A program made the translations under genes and the position numbers. The notes under the pieces were generated by a model. The model was not told the DNA's origin. It saw only the letters and a program-made list of their open reading frames with translations, and searched no databases. Below are positions 46,930 to 59,386 of a DNA stretch of 64,000 bases, piece after piece; position 1 is the stretch's first letter; each line of letters opens with the position of its first letter. Origin of the DNA: Rhizophagus irregularis (Eukaryota); NCBI RefSeq assembly GCF_026210795.1, contig NC_089429.1:2418001-2482000 (forward strand), read 5' to 3'.

Positions 46930-48130
46930 TTTTCCGGACACTCGCACGCTATTATAAAATATTTGTTAAAATTTAATACAAGATGCGGAGATTGAGAATT
47001 TTTAACCGCATAAAAAACGTACAATATCATGCAGTGGTTGGACAATATTTTATATAGGACGAAAGAGGTAGTAATATTGTATTTTATTGTTAACGAATAA
47101 ACCCTGCCGATTTGTTTCCGATTTCTCATATTAAATCTATCTTATTTTATCGCGTTGTTTATTGTCATTTGTTGACTTGTCGCTATATTTCGTTTGTACA
47201 CTTTATTACTGATTGTTCTCATATATTCTGAATTATCTCACCACTTGCTATTTAAACGTCATATTGCCTTACCGCTTTTTAACCGATCTTTACTTATTCT
47301 TCTGTTACTATCTAACCATAGAAATGTCTAAATTTTTACAACAATTCACATATATAGAACTACAAGATGTAAATTTTCGAGCTTCATAAAATATTACATG
47401 TGAATTTATACTCATACTTTTTCGATTACTTTTCATTCTCATTGACATACTTAAAAAGCTCGTCATTGGGGAAAAAGATATCAATGTTCATTAATAATGA
47501 TTAATTACGACAAATTATTTATGTTTTTCTTAAAAATTCTAGGAAATATCATCTCTATATATTTTGGTGACGATTTTTATATTAAATAATTTGAATGGTT
47601 TGCTTTAATAAATGTTGAGGCCTGCTTTTTCATGATCAAACATAATAGGATTTGTCTCCCGGCGCTGTTCTTTAACGTTAATTAGGATAGATCGATACTC
47701 CAAAGGTTTTCCACCGATAAATGCTTTGCGCAACTATATGCACTGATATATAAATAAAAGAATCTTTGAACTATAATATTATTTCCTTTACATCGTCTTT
47801 TGAAAAAAATCCGAATTCATCCGTATAGTATTTATCATTAAACACATGTGGCAAAATGTAAAATCTTTACAACTATGAAATTCAGCTTTACCTTTAATTA
47901 ATGATTTCTTAATAAAAGTATTTTGTGAATTTTTAAAAATATTTCCAGATCATTTATCCAAAAAGCAAGCGTTAAATATAAATATTCTAATTTGAAGTCC
48001 CAAGTTTTTTGTAATACATTTGGACTTGCACATGAAATAGTATGAAAATCCTCATTAATTAATATTATGTTGATTATTTTCAATGTTCCAAGAAACATTA
48101 ACAAGGCTTTGTTGACATCCTATTTTATTG
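46930..48130 (-). pseudogene. Probable Mutator-like (MULE) transposase remnant
   Basis: Fragments such as NPIMFDHEKAGLN resemble the MULE 'IMxDFEKA' region; heavily degraded. Confidence 0.35.
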
Positions 48131-48662
48131 CGTCATCACTTGATATTTGACTTTTATTTTAAAGATTGGATATGTACCGGGTTTTCAAAAATTGGATTTT
48201 TGGTCGAGATTCAGGAAGAAAGCCGTAATAGGGACAAGGATTTAGTTTTTGAGGGTTTGGGAATGGGTTAACAGATGAATATTAATTGCAGGATGAAAAC
48301 TGGGCGCAATCTAATCAAATGTTGGTAAAATGAGTTAACGCTTTTGATGAATAATAATTATTTTAGATATTCATAACATATTTATTAAAATTTATACAAT
48401 TTAAAATAATAATCAAATGAATAATTTATAAATAATTTTTATTGCAAACACTAATGAGTTGTTGCACAATTGCCTTGTTGTCACATAATATTTTATAATA
48501 AATTTATAATTATCTTTATTTAATAATTGAAAAGTCCTATAAATAAATAGAGAATTGAATTATTTTAAATTACAAACTAAGAATCTTTTTACTACTCTAA
48601 TCTTAGTGTTTAAATAATTTAATAAATAGTAAAAAAATGAATTTATTTTCAAGTAAATTAAT

Positions 48663-50900
48663 TTAAAATCCATCTAAAGAGAATAAATATATTAGTAAAT
48701 AAATATAATACATTATTTTAATATTATTAAAAATATTAAATTTATAAACAAACCATCGGGAGTTTCTTGTTTATCTTTCTCTTCTGAATGAAGATTTGGA
48801 TTATTTTGTACTTCATCTATATAAATAAGATAAATTAGAATAATAATAATAACTGATCATTATTATAAATAATTTATTTTACTTACCATTATTACTAATA
48901 TTTGATCGTTGCTGCATTATTTCTCTCTCGTAGTCATTTTGAACGTCATCTATTATTTAATAAATCAAATTTAATAAAATATTTGTTCTTATATTCAACG
49001 AAACGAAAATTATTTAAGGCTTTACCATTCTCCATTTTCAATTTTTTAAATAATCTAGATGATTCTTTACTATCATCATCTGTAATCAAGATATAAATTA
49101 GTATTTATTCGTTATAAAACTCTAATATAAGAATAAATTACCTTTAAAATTAATTTTACTTGATTTACTAAGATTACTAGCTATAATGAAAATCAATCAT
49201 ATGTTATTTTATTTATATAAAATTCAATATTATTTTAATAAATACTTACCATTACTAGAAATACTAAAATCATATGATCTAGTGGTATAAAATGCTATTT
49301 TAAAAAAAAAGATTATTAGTTAAAGGATTTATACTAAAACATTATTAACTTTATATTACCTTTTTGTTCTTCTATTATTATTCAATTAAAAAAAGTATTG
49401 TTAATTATAATGTTAAAGAAAAAAAACCAAATAGTTAATGAACATTAAAAAGCATACCTTCTGTTGCATTTTTTGGTTCAGGTAGATTTTCAAAATTATG
49501 AATTTTACTTGTAAATATTTTACTACTCATGATATTGCTTGTTTTTTCGTCTACTTGTATTATTGTTTGAGGTAGTTCATCAGGTTTATTTCGATAATAT
49601 AACATAATTTCATTCATCTTATTACAAAGTGTATTAATATCAGGCCTTTTTAATGGATTAGCATCCCAACATTGTTCCAGTAGACTTTTAAATTCGGAAG
49701 GAATTTCTGAAATAATTTTTGGTCTTATACCATCAATGATATTAATTGCAAGAATATAATCATGTTCATAATTCATAAATGGAGGTTGCCCAAATGAAAT
49801 TTCCCACATAAGCATTGCAATACTATAAATATCAGATTTATAAGTATACCCTTTTCCATTAATAACTTCGGGAGCTATGTAAGGAAGATTTCCATATATA
49901 CTTGTTGATGGTTTGTCTGCAGGACCGCAAAATCCAAGATCACTAATACGCCAATTATCATTAAACTGTGAATATAATATATTTCCAGAATGCAAATCTC
50001 TATGAATTGAATTCTCTTCATGAATCCAATAAAGTTTATCAATAATTGAAAAAGTAATCTTAATTCTTTCATTCCATGTAAGTTGATTATGATTTTGTTG
50101 TAAATATTCTCTTAAATTTACATCAAATTTTTCCATTACAAGTAAATAATTTCCATTTGATGGATTTTGTGTTAAACCAAAACATTGAACGATAGATGGA
50201 TATTTGTTGCCTAACGTTAAATGTGATTTAGCCTTTAAAAAATAATAAATATTATTATTAACAATAAAATTTTAAATTTAAGTTCTTTAAATATTTTTAA
50301 CTTACAAACCTCTTCAAACCAATTTTGACTTGCATTTTCAACATTTTTTAATTCTTTAAGTATTACAGCATGAGTTCCAAATCTTATTAATTGTTGCTCT
50401 TTAGAATTCCATTCTTTATAGTATCCATCAATCCAATCTGCTGTATAAATCTCTGAGAATCCACCTTTTGTAAGATATTTAATATTTTCTAAATTATTAA
50501 ATGGGATCCATTCAATAATAACATTTGGTCTAAGTGTTTCCATTTGACAATTTTTTATTAAATTATCAATAACATTATTTCCAGAAGTCCAATTTGAAAA
50601 ATTAGATTTTAAATAATTTCGAACACAATATTCACAATATAATGTAGCTAAACATTTTTGGTTACAATTTTCACAAATTCTTCTTGTCCCTTCATTATAA
50701 ATAATTTTATCTCGGTCATAATCTTTATTAGTTATTCTTATTGCTTCAGTTTTTTCTTCTTCTGTAAGAGATTTGTCAGCAAGAATGAATTGTTTCATAA
50801 ATTCGTATTGTTCATGAAGGCCAACGTGAATATTATAATCAATTGACGTAAATGATCTACTAATTACTGCTCGCATTAATTCTTCCCGAATATTGGACAT
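48663..50900 (-). CDS. TKL protein kinase with a multi-exon C-terminal tail, apparently intact
   Basis: Exons 50900-50310 and 50232-49458, then 12, 45, 39, 54, 63 and 63-nt exons, and a final exon with TAA at 48663. Motifs: CENC..CEYC, WTSGN, GGFSEIY, HRDLHSGN, DLG, APE. Confidence 0.85.
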
Positions 50901-52789
50901 TTTTTGTAAAAAAAAAAAGAAATATTTTTAAGTGCAAAAAAAAATAAAGTTTCCATAGACGGTTAAACAAATAAGTTGTGCAACCTCCAAAATTTAAATA
51001 TTGTCTACCTGTCAGTCATGTGCTGCATGTGCTGCATTGTAAATAAAAAAATGATCATCTGATCATAAAATATAGACAAAATAATCCGTCATTACCGGCA
51101 ACTTGGATCCTTTAATTTTTTATTATATACGTGATGTAAAAACTACAAAGGTACAAATGACGTTAAGGTTAAGCTTTTGTAGACAAGAATTATTTATTTT
51201 GATGTTTTTGGAAAAAAACCTATTTTATCGAATCATCATAGAATTCAAAAAATGGAAACACCTTCAAATTCATAATAAAATAAAATTTCAATTGTCATAT
51301 TTGTGATGATGATTGTCTATGTTATCAATAAATTTCAATGGTAAATGGTAATAAAAAAATATTAAATATTTAATAATGGATTAATTTTCTTTCTTTTTTT
51401 CAACAATATTTATTTTAGTTATTACTTGGGATAATTTTTTTTATTGACAATTGATGTTAAATGAGCCAAATTTGAAGTTTCGAGTGAAAAGACGAAATAA
51501 AAAATTCAATTTTGATTATAAAGTTTTTATTTGCATAATATTTCGATATTATAATATAGTAACATATTTTTCAGTCAAAATTTATTGCCTCTTTCGTAAC
51601 ATAATGAGCTTATAAAAAATTAAAAGTTGACCATATTTTAGATAATTTCTCTATTCATTAAAACTTTTTTAAAAAAAATTCAGAAATCATCTCTTGATAA
51701 TTTTTTATTGCAGGAAAAATAAAAATTATTATAGTTGGAGACTAAAGTCACTAAATATTTACGAGTATACTATCCATTTTTTAGGTATATCTGGATGACA
51801 TTATTGATTGACTATATCTATTTGGTGAACGACTCTATAAAATGATCCTTATTTAAACATCATTTTTTATTCACTTTTTAATGCAATAAAATCATTTACT
51901 AGGACTTCCTAAGAATTTTAGGTCATTAGAAAATTATACTCACCATTTGCAATTTGTATAAAATTCTTGAAGAATATCCTAAGGGTTCACAAGTTTTTTG
52001 TAAACTTTCCAACTTTCCAAAATACTGAGCAAATATAAAACAATAGATATTATTATTAGCAAAGAACAATCGCATTATATATTGAAGTGAAATTGGCTGT
52101 GATCAATATGATAAGGTAGTAGACTAGTAGGTAAAATTTATTTATTCATCGATGCATTTTTAAACAACTTACAGTATTCTAATTATTTTTTTTTATTTAA
52201 TTTAGTAATGTAAGTAAGATTCGATTCAATTCATCATATTTTCTTTCATTAGCAGCAAACAATTAAAAGCACTTTTAGAGTTATTTAAACTGACGTTTGA
52301 TAAATGAAAATATTGTACCATGTTAAAACCAAAAACAGAAATAACACATTTTAGAGAAGTTTATTGGTCTGGCTATCACGTGGAATATTACTTAACCCTT
52401 TCAATATCTGTATATTTTCGAAAACGTATTTAAAGATTTATTTTATTTTATTTTTTTTCTTAACATGACAAAAAGGATTTGGTGATTAATTATTTATCAT
52501 ACCGCAATATTTTGCAACAATTTATGTTAACCTATTATTACCTTTAAATAGTAAGTAAGCCGTCATTCCCTATTAAACGAAAAATTTCATTAAATCATAT
52601 TAGTAAGTTTAAGAGCGATACCACATACTATGTATCCTAACGGTCGTGGTAATTTTTACGCCAAGCTTTTAACTAATTAAAACAACTAATAATAAATGGT
52701 AAACCAATTTTTAAAAACCCAATAATTTATTAACTTTTAAAAAATAAAATAATAAAAATTTATAACATATAAAGATTTTAATAAAATAC

Positions 52790-54478
52790 CTAATACATTT
52801 CGTTGATAAATTTATAAATATCAATAATTAAAGTATTATAATATTGAATTGTAATATTATATAATTTAAATTCCTTTACTTCATTTTTCAAAGAATATAA
52901 ATCATCAACATTAGTAGGAATTTGAGCGAAAAAATATTCTAAAAAACCAAAATATTCAGTCCTTTTCTTTTTCATAATATATTCCTTTATAAAAGGTAAA
53001 ATATTCATTTTTTCTTCTTCATTCCGTTTTCCATATCTGATATTTTTGATTAATAATGTTTTAATAAAAGTATTTTGTGAATTTTTCAAAAAAATTTCAA
53101 AATCACTTGTATTAATTTCAAGAGATAAACTTAAATATTCTAATTTAGTAGGAAGCATTTGTCCTAAGTTTTGTAATACCATTGAACTAAATAAATTGAT
53201 TTCTGTTTCATAAAATAATACAAAATCAATAGTAAGATAATTAAGATGATTTTTAATATGTTCAATTAAATGTATTGCTAAATTAATACCCTCTTGATTA
53301 TCAAAATCATATAATCTTAAAAATTTGATTTTTTTACAATATTTTATGATTAATGACAATAATTGTTGCTTTGATTCATCTTCTGGTTCAATCCTAAGAT
53401 TTTCTAAATAATTACCTGATTTTTGTAATAATAATTGTAATAAATCAAATAATAATGGTTTATCTATAATTAAAGATTTCAATTTAAATGGTTTGGTTAT
53501 ATTAATAACTTGTTGAATAAAATTTGAATCTAAAGAATAACAATAAAGAATATGAATAGATTCCAAAACATTTAATTGTTCAAATACTTCATTTAAAATC
53601 TTTATATTTTTAAAATCAATGAAATAAAATATAATTGTTCTTAAAGTATTTGTACAATTAGAATTCTTTAATGATAATAATGAATGATATAAAGGTAGTT
53701 TAATAAAGCATAATGAAATTTTTTTGAGATTTTGTTGTGAATCAACTATCAGGGATAAATGTTTTTCGGTTTTTGAATGACAATTTGATGGAAATAATAA
53801 ATTAAGTGATGAAATAGAATTACAATTAGAATAAAAAAATTGTATAAATGTTGTTATATTTTCAGTTGTTGGAACTATATGAAGTGCCAAATTTTTAATA
53901 TTACAAACAAAATTTGGATTTTGTGAAACTAATGCAAAAGTTACATTAAAATACTCGCGATCTTCATCTGTAAATACTTTGACATTAATAGTATGCATAT
54001 TTACTTCATTTTCGATAATTATTTGTAACAATAACTTATATATTAATTTTTTATATTTTAGATAAAGATTCTTTTGTACAGAATAGATGAAGAGTTGGTC
54101 TTGAATTGTTGATGATGTTCTAACAGCTGCAGCCCACCTTTCAATAGAGTCACTAATTTTACGAGTATCTAAATGTTGAATGAAACTAGGATAATTAAAT
54201 AATGTATTTGAAGGAAGTAAATTGTTATTAATTCCATATTCATTTAATTGTGTTTTATCATCATCATTTAAATTATATAAGTAAAGTTCAATATAACGAT
54301 AATTTTTAGAATTTTGTAGTGAAAATGGGTTTTCCCATAATAATGGAATTGTTAAACGACACCATAATCTATTAACTAGAATACATGAATGTAATGTTGA
54401 AAAGTCATTCCGAAAATATTGTATAATTTCATTTGTTATTTCGGGTAAATCTCCTGAAAATATTTTCGTACATGCCAT
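52790..54478 (-). CDS. F-box domain / LRR-like protein, 562 aa
   Basis: Intact ORF, paralogous to the 5833 and 10959 genes. Confidence 0.85.
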   Translation of the reverse strand: MACTKIFSGDLPEITNEIIQYFRNDFSTLHSCILVNRLWCRLTIPLLWENPFSLQNSKNYRYIELYLYNLNDDDKTQLNEYGINNNLLPSNTLFNYPSFIQHLDTRKISDSIERWAAAVRTSSTIQDQLFIYSVQKNLYLKYKKLIYKLLLQIIIENEVNMHTINVKVFTDEDREYFNVTFALVSQNPNFVCNIKNLALHIVPTTENITTFIQFFYSNCNSISSLNLLFPSNCHSKTEKHLSLIVDSQQNLKKISLCFIKLPLYHSLLSLKNSNCTNTLRTIIFYFIDFKNIKILNEVFEQLNVLESIHILYCYSLDSNFIQQVINITKPFKLKSLIIDKPLLFDLLQLLLQKSGNYLENLRIEPEDESKQQLLSLIIKYCKKIKFLRLYDFDNQEGINLAIHLIEHIKNHLNYLTIDFVLFYETEINLFSSMVLQNLGQMLPTKLEYLSLSLEINTSDFEIFLKNSQNTFIKTLLIKNIRYGKRNEEEKMNILPFIKEYIMKKKRTEYFGFLEYFFAQIPTNVDDLYSLKNEVKEFKLYNITIQYYNTLIIDIYKFINEMY

Positions 54479-54578
54479 AATGTAAGAGAAAAAGAAAGGA
54501 ATAATTTGAATTTTACAATATTTTTTTTTTTTGATTATTCCAGAAGGGGTTATTTATACCCATTTTCGGAGTGGCTAT

Positions 54579-55073
54579 TGTCACGTGATTGGTAATCCTA
54601 CCAATTTTGTAGAACAAGTGAACAATGTAGATCTATGTCACTAATATCACGAATGTCATAGATGTATGACATATCATGAAAATCATATATAGTTGATAGG
54701 TTTAATATGTTTATTTTAACTGTTATATTTATTTTATCTGTTATATATTATATGTATGATTTATTAGTTATATTAGTTATATATTATATAGTTATTATAT
54801 TTATTTTATCTATTATTTTTGTTATATCAAAATATATAGTTAATTTTATATAAATACAACGCTGTAGACAAGTGAGAAGAGGGGGACGCTCAAGGTTGTT
54901 TAGTTTAAGAATCATGATGAAGTAATTTAGGTTTTAATGGATCCTTTATTCATGTCTGATCGTATATGCCAGAGTGTTGCTATACTTTATTCATGTCTGA
55001 TTGGATTATTTGTATTAGTTTATTGTCTTTCTTATTTTAATAAACCTTCTGCTTACCATTTTCATTTTGTTTA
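54579..55073. mobile_element. Solo-LTR-like insertion (495 bp, TSD CTAT) in the F-box promoter
   Basis: Starts TGTCAC. CTAT occurs at 54575-54578 and 55074-55077. Removing it restores the CGGA..TTCCGAT..TATTGTCGCACAAAATTT motif of the paralogue promoters. Confidence 0.6.
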
Positions 55074-58000
55074 CTATTCCGATCATATTGTCGCACAAAA
55101 TTTATGTTTATCATTTTGAAGATAATGTGACAGTTCAATCATTGTTGTCATTTATGATCATCTCGTAATTTCAAAAATTTTTAACCAGTTAACGGATTTC
55201 AAAGTTCCTTACATTTTCACTTTTTTTTCTATTTTGGGTCCAGAAAATTCCGAATACTTAAAAATTATATAATGATATGCAGATGATATGTCCAAAATTA
55301 ATTATTAATGTAGATTTACATACAACATTCGCTACATTCGTTTTCTAATGGATAACTTTTATAGATCAGTCGCAGACGAACAAGAAAGTATTAATGTTTT
55401 TAAATCATCCAATTGAATTAGGACTTGATCTATGAGATATCGCTGTTTGTTAAATCAGTAATAAATAATTTTCATTGAAGAATTATATACGATGACTAAT
55501 TGTTTTTATCTTATAAACTCAAACGTTTATATTTACTTCATCTAAAGTCTAATAAAGTTCTTTATTTATATACTGTATTTTATATTTTGTAACGTTGAAA
55601 TTTGTATTACGGATATATGGCGTCAGATTTATATTGTACTATATTGTACTGCGTTAGTTACGTAAGTCCTTTGATACCAACGATTTATAACTATTAAAAA
55701 AAACAGCAATGATGAAGAATCAAAAAATTCTGCTGATTTAAAATTTGTTTAAAATTAGAAAAATTTAACACATGCAGTAATTTAAATTACATTAGATTAA
55801 AGCAGTAAATAATTCTTAAAAAAAAAGAAGCAAAATATTTTTCTCGTATCAAAACTTTAAAAGTACATGTATTTCGTATCACATTAATTAATCTATACTA
55901 TTTTATGTTATTCAAACCTCTCATCTAAGACTTTTCATTGTGTGCCATCAAATGTTAAATGTTTTAATTTTGTTGATCCTTAAAATTAGCGAACGTAACA
56001 AAGATCAAACATGATCAAACATAAAAATTATTAACAAAATACTATGCTTTTTTTTCAAAAAAAAAAAAAAAAAAAAAAAATTCTATTCCTAGATTTTTTT
56101 AATATACTGTAATTAAATTTTGGGTTTGATTTTTTTTTATTTATTACATTTTTGTAATCTATATTTCTATAATGCACATATATATTTTTTCAGAATTTAT
56201 TTAAATTAATATTAAATTTCGCTGCTGCACAAAAAATAACAATTCTGAGAATATGATAAAATTAAAATACTAAATATCATGTTTTTATTAGAAATGAACC
56301 ATTTAACTAATAATCCTAATCCCTTTTAATTGCCCTTTAAACATGAACTCTTGTTTTCAATAAAAGCCCAAATTTGAAGTTGAACCTACAAAATATAACA
56401 TACTTTCGAAATGTCTAAGTTTAAAAAAATTAGGTGTGAGATTAAATTATACTGTGACTGCTGTAACATTATGTTTTATTTATAAAAGTATCATATAAAA
56501 GTTTATTATTGAAATGGTTTAATTTATTCCGGTTATGAATTGAATACCGGATATAATGAAATTATATCTGAACGGTTTATTATCAAGAAAACCCTGTATT
56601 TTCCTAATAATATCCACCAGAAAGATATATACTGTATAAACATAAGTAAAAAGAATGAGTTATTTGTTTAGTAAAAGTATCAGTTACAATATCTATTGAA
56701 ATTGGAGATCATCAACGGGTTATCAGACTATCATACCGAGTTATTACAAATCAAAAGAGCAGCAAGTTTCTAGAAGACTGAGAGTAATAGCAAATCATGA
56801 TGTATTGGTGCGGTTGACGGAGATAAACTTTACTTTAGATGTTAAGACGCAAGATATTCAGGAACAATTAGAACATGTTGAAAAGGAAGACACCCCACTT
56901 TACAATAAGTGATTTGAAGTTTTACCAAGTTCTTGAGCATTAGGCGCGCTTGTAATAGGTTCTTTCGATAAGTTCCTTGAAAAGAGTTGCCAAACAGTTA
57001 CGATAATAAGATTAAGTATTGATAAGAAAATCAGGATGAATAAAGTGATGCAAACTCAATTCTCTTTTAAGCGTAAAAGTAAATGATTCTTATTTGAATT
57101 TTGGAACGCCAAACTTGATAACATTATTTTCCAATACGGAACTATGTGTTTAAATAATTATTTATTCTTTAAACGTAAAAATAATATATTATTAAATAAA
57201 ACAAACTTGTAAACTTAAGGGACGTCAACGAATAATTTCCATAATTTCCACAAATTCAAATCGCGTTCCAGACGTCTCATGTAAACAATATCCAGATTTA
57301 CAATTTTTTTGTAACTGATATTCACTGACACGACACGTGAAAGTGGCCGGTGACCTACGATCAAAAATCCTATAAGCGGACCTTGATCAGCTAATATCAA
57401 ACTAATCAGACTATTAATTATGAGTCATCTCATGACACAATTTTCTGATTATGACATAATTTTTGCACTCTGACTAACAAATTTATATAAAAAGCCACTC
57501 CAGAAATTTTAAACTCGCACATTTATTCTCTTACTCGTTCCTTCTCTTTCCCTTCACTCTTGTCAATAAACTTATCTTATTTTTTCATTTCCACTTCGCA
57601 GTATTTTATCCTTTCCCTTTTTAAAACGTCCTTAATAAAATTTTTTTATTTTATTTTAACTTTAATTTATATTTTTGTTTTGACGTGTTAATACGTCCTT
57701 CTGTCTCTCTCTCTCACTTCGGGGAAGACTTATGGTCTAAAGCTTGGGGTGGGCTTAACCGAAGAAATTATTGATTGTAAAATTACAATACAAGACAACT
57801 GAAACACCTTTGGTTCGCTTTTGATTTGGATCATTGTGGTAAGTATCATTTATGTTCTTACAAGAGAAAGGAATTCACGTGTACATGGCTCTTTTTGCTA
57901 GGCGAAATTATATTTCGCTAATGACCAGCTGTAGCCTGAGAGAAACTGAGGTTCTATAGTTATTTTAGTGATGAACAATGTGGCAAGTGTTCAATAGTTA

Positions 58001-59284
58001 TTTTTATATATTGTTTACTATAGATTTCATTCATTTATTGTATTTAGATAATAGTTTTTATTGTATATTGTTTTTAGTGAAAATATTTTATTTATTTATT
58101 AGATTTAGATTTATTTTTATTGTATTTAGACTTATAGTATTTATTGTATATTGTTGTTAGTGAAAATATTTTATCTATTTATTTTATTTTTATAGCTTTT
58201 AGTGCAAATTTCATTTATTATTAGATTTAGATTTTAATAATGTACAACTATAGCTTGTGACTGTATGAGGTACCTCTATGCACTTTGCTCTCTTGCGTGA
58301 TAGTACTTTCTCATAGGGTTTATATGATTTGCCACCATACTAATCCTTTTATGTTTTCAATTAACTTGTGATTTCCCAGGTACACCACTCAAATACACAA
58401 CATAAAGTTGTTAGAAGAAGATGAAGATACAAAATACATAAGTTTAGTAAGGAGTAAAGTAATAAAAAAAACATTACATTTAAAATCTTTTTCAAAGTTT
58501 ATAACTACTGTATTTTGTTAGTATAACTGTCTAATAATAAATTAATAAAATTTAAATATGATTTTTATTGATTAGGCCGGGCAAAATTAACTTTTAGATT
58601 CTCGTGACCGTGTTACAAAAATTCAGGGATAGTAAAAATTTCATCACGTGACTTAACATAATAAAATGGTATCTACTATTTTTTTTTTTGTTATATAGAT
58701 TAATAAAAAAAATATATTAACAGTTAAAATTAACATTAATCATTATTAATTATTTGAAAATTATTTTTTGATGAAATTCTCAGAATTTTGAAATGATCAG
58801 CCGGATTGACATGCTACGGCAAAATCAGTACTCTCATCTCAATGGTTATGGTCACATTTTTAAGGAGTTGATCACACGACTGCAAAATTTTATGTAATAA
58901 ACAAATAAACAAATAAACAATATTAATGAAGCGCAATAGAAGGATATAAGGATATTTAATAGGATAATTGGATAATTTCAGTTATAATTTACGTAAAAAT
59001 CAAAATTTTTTTATTTTTAATGAACAAATAAATAAAAATATACACAAATATAAAAAATATTCAAAATTACAAATAAAATTTTAAATTACATGAGAAATTT
59101 TTTTATGATACATATAATACATGTTAATATAAAGAAATTTTAATAGAAATAATAGCTCCAGGCCATTTCGTAACGAATAGTAACTACGTCATTAGGTATA
59201 ATTTTTCGGTTAAAATTGATCTTCATGTAATAACCGAAGTCGTTAAGTCGTTTGTGCCGTCCCCATCATAGAAGAATTTTCCGT

Positions 59285-59386
59285 TTACATTATAGAACAT
59301 GAGTTTGTAGGATTACCATCAGGTTTTTCAGTTATTTCGGAAGTAACAATAACAATTGGTTTAGAGGTAATAATTGTTGGATTCAT
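59285..59386 (-). CDS. 33-aa CaaX peptide, candidate lipopeptide pheromone precursor (MNPTIITSKPIVIVTSEITEKPDGNPTNSCSIM)
   Basis: ATG in a CAAAAATG context, C-terminal CSIM-stop, TATAAATA about 150 nt upstream. Below the ORF-track length cut-off. Confidence 0.55.
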   Translation of the reverse strand: MNPTIITSKPIVIVTSEITEKPDGNPTNSCSIM

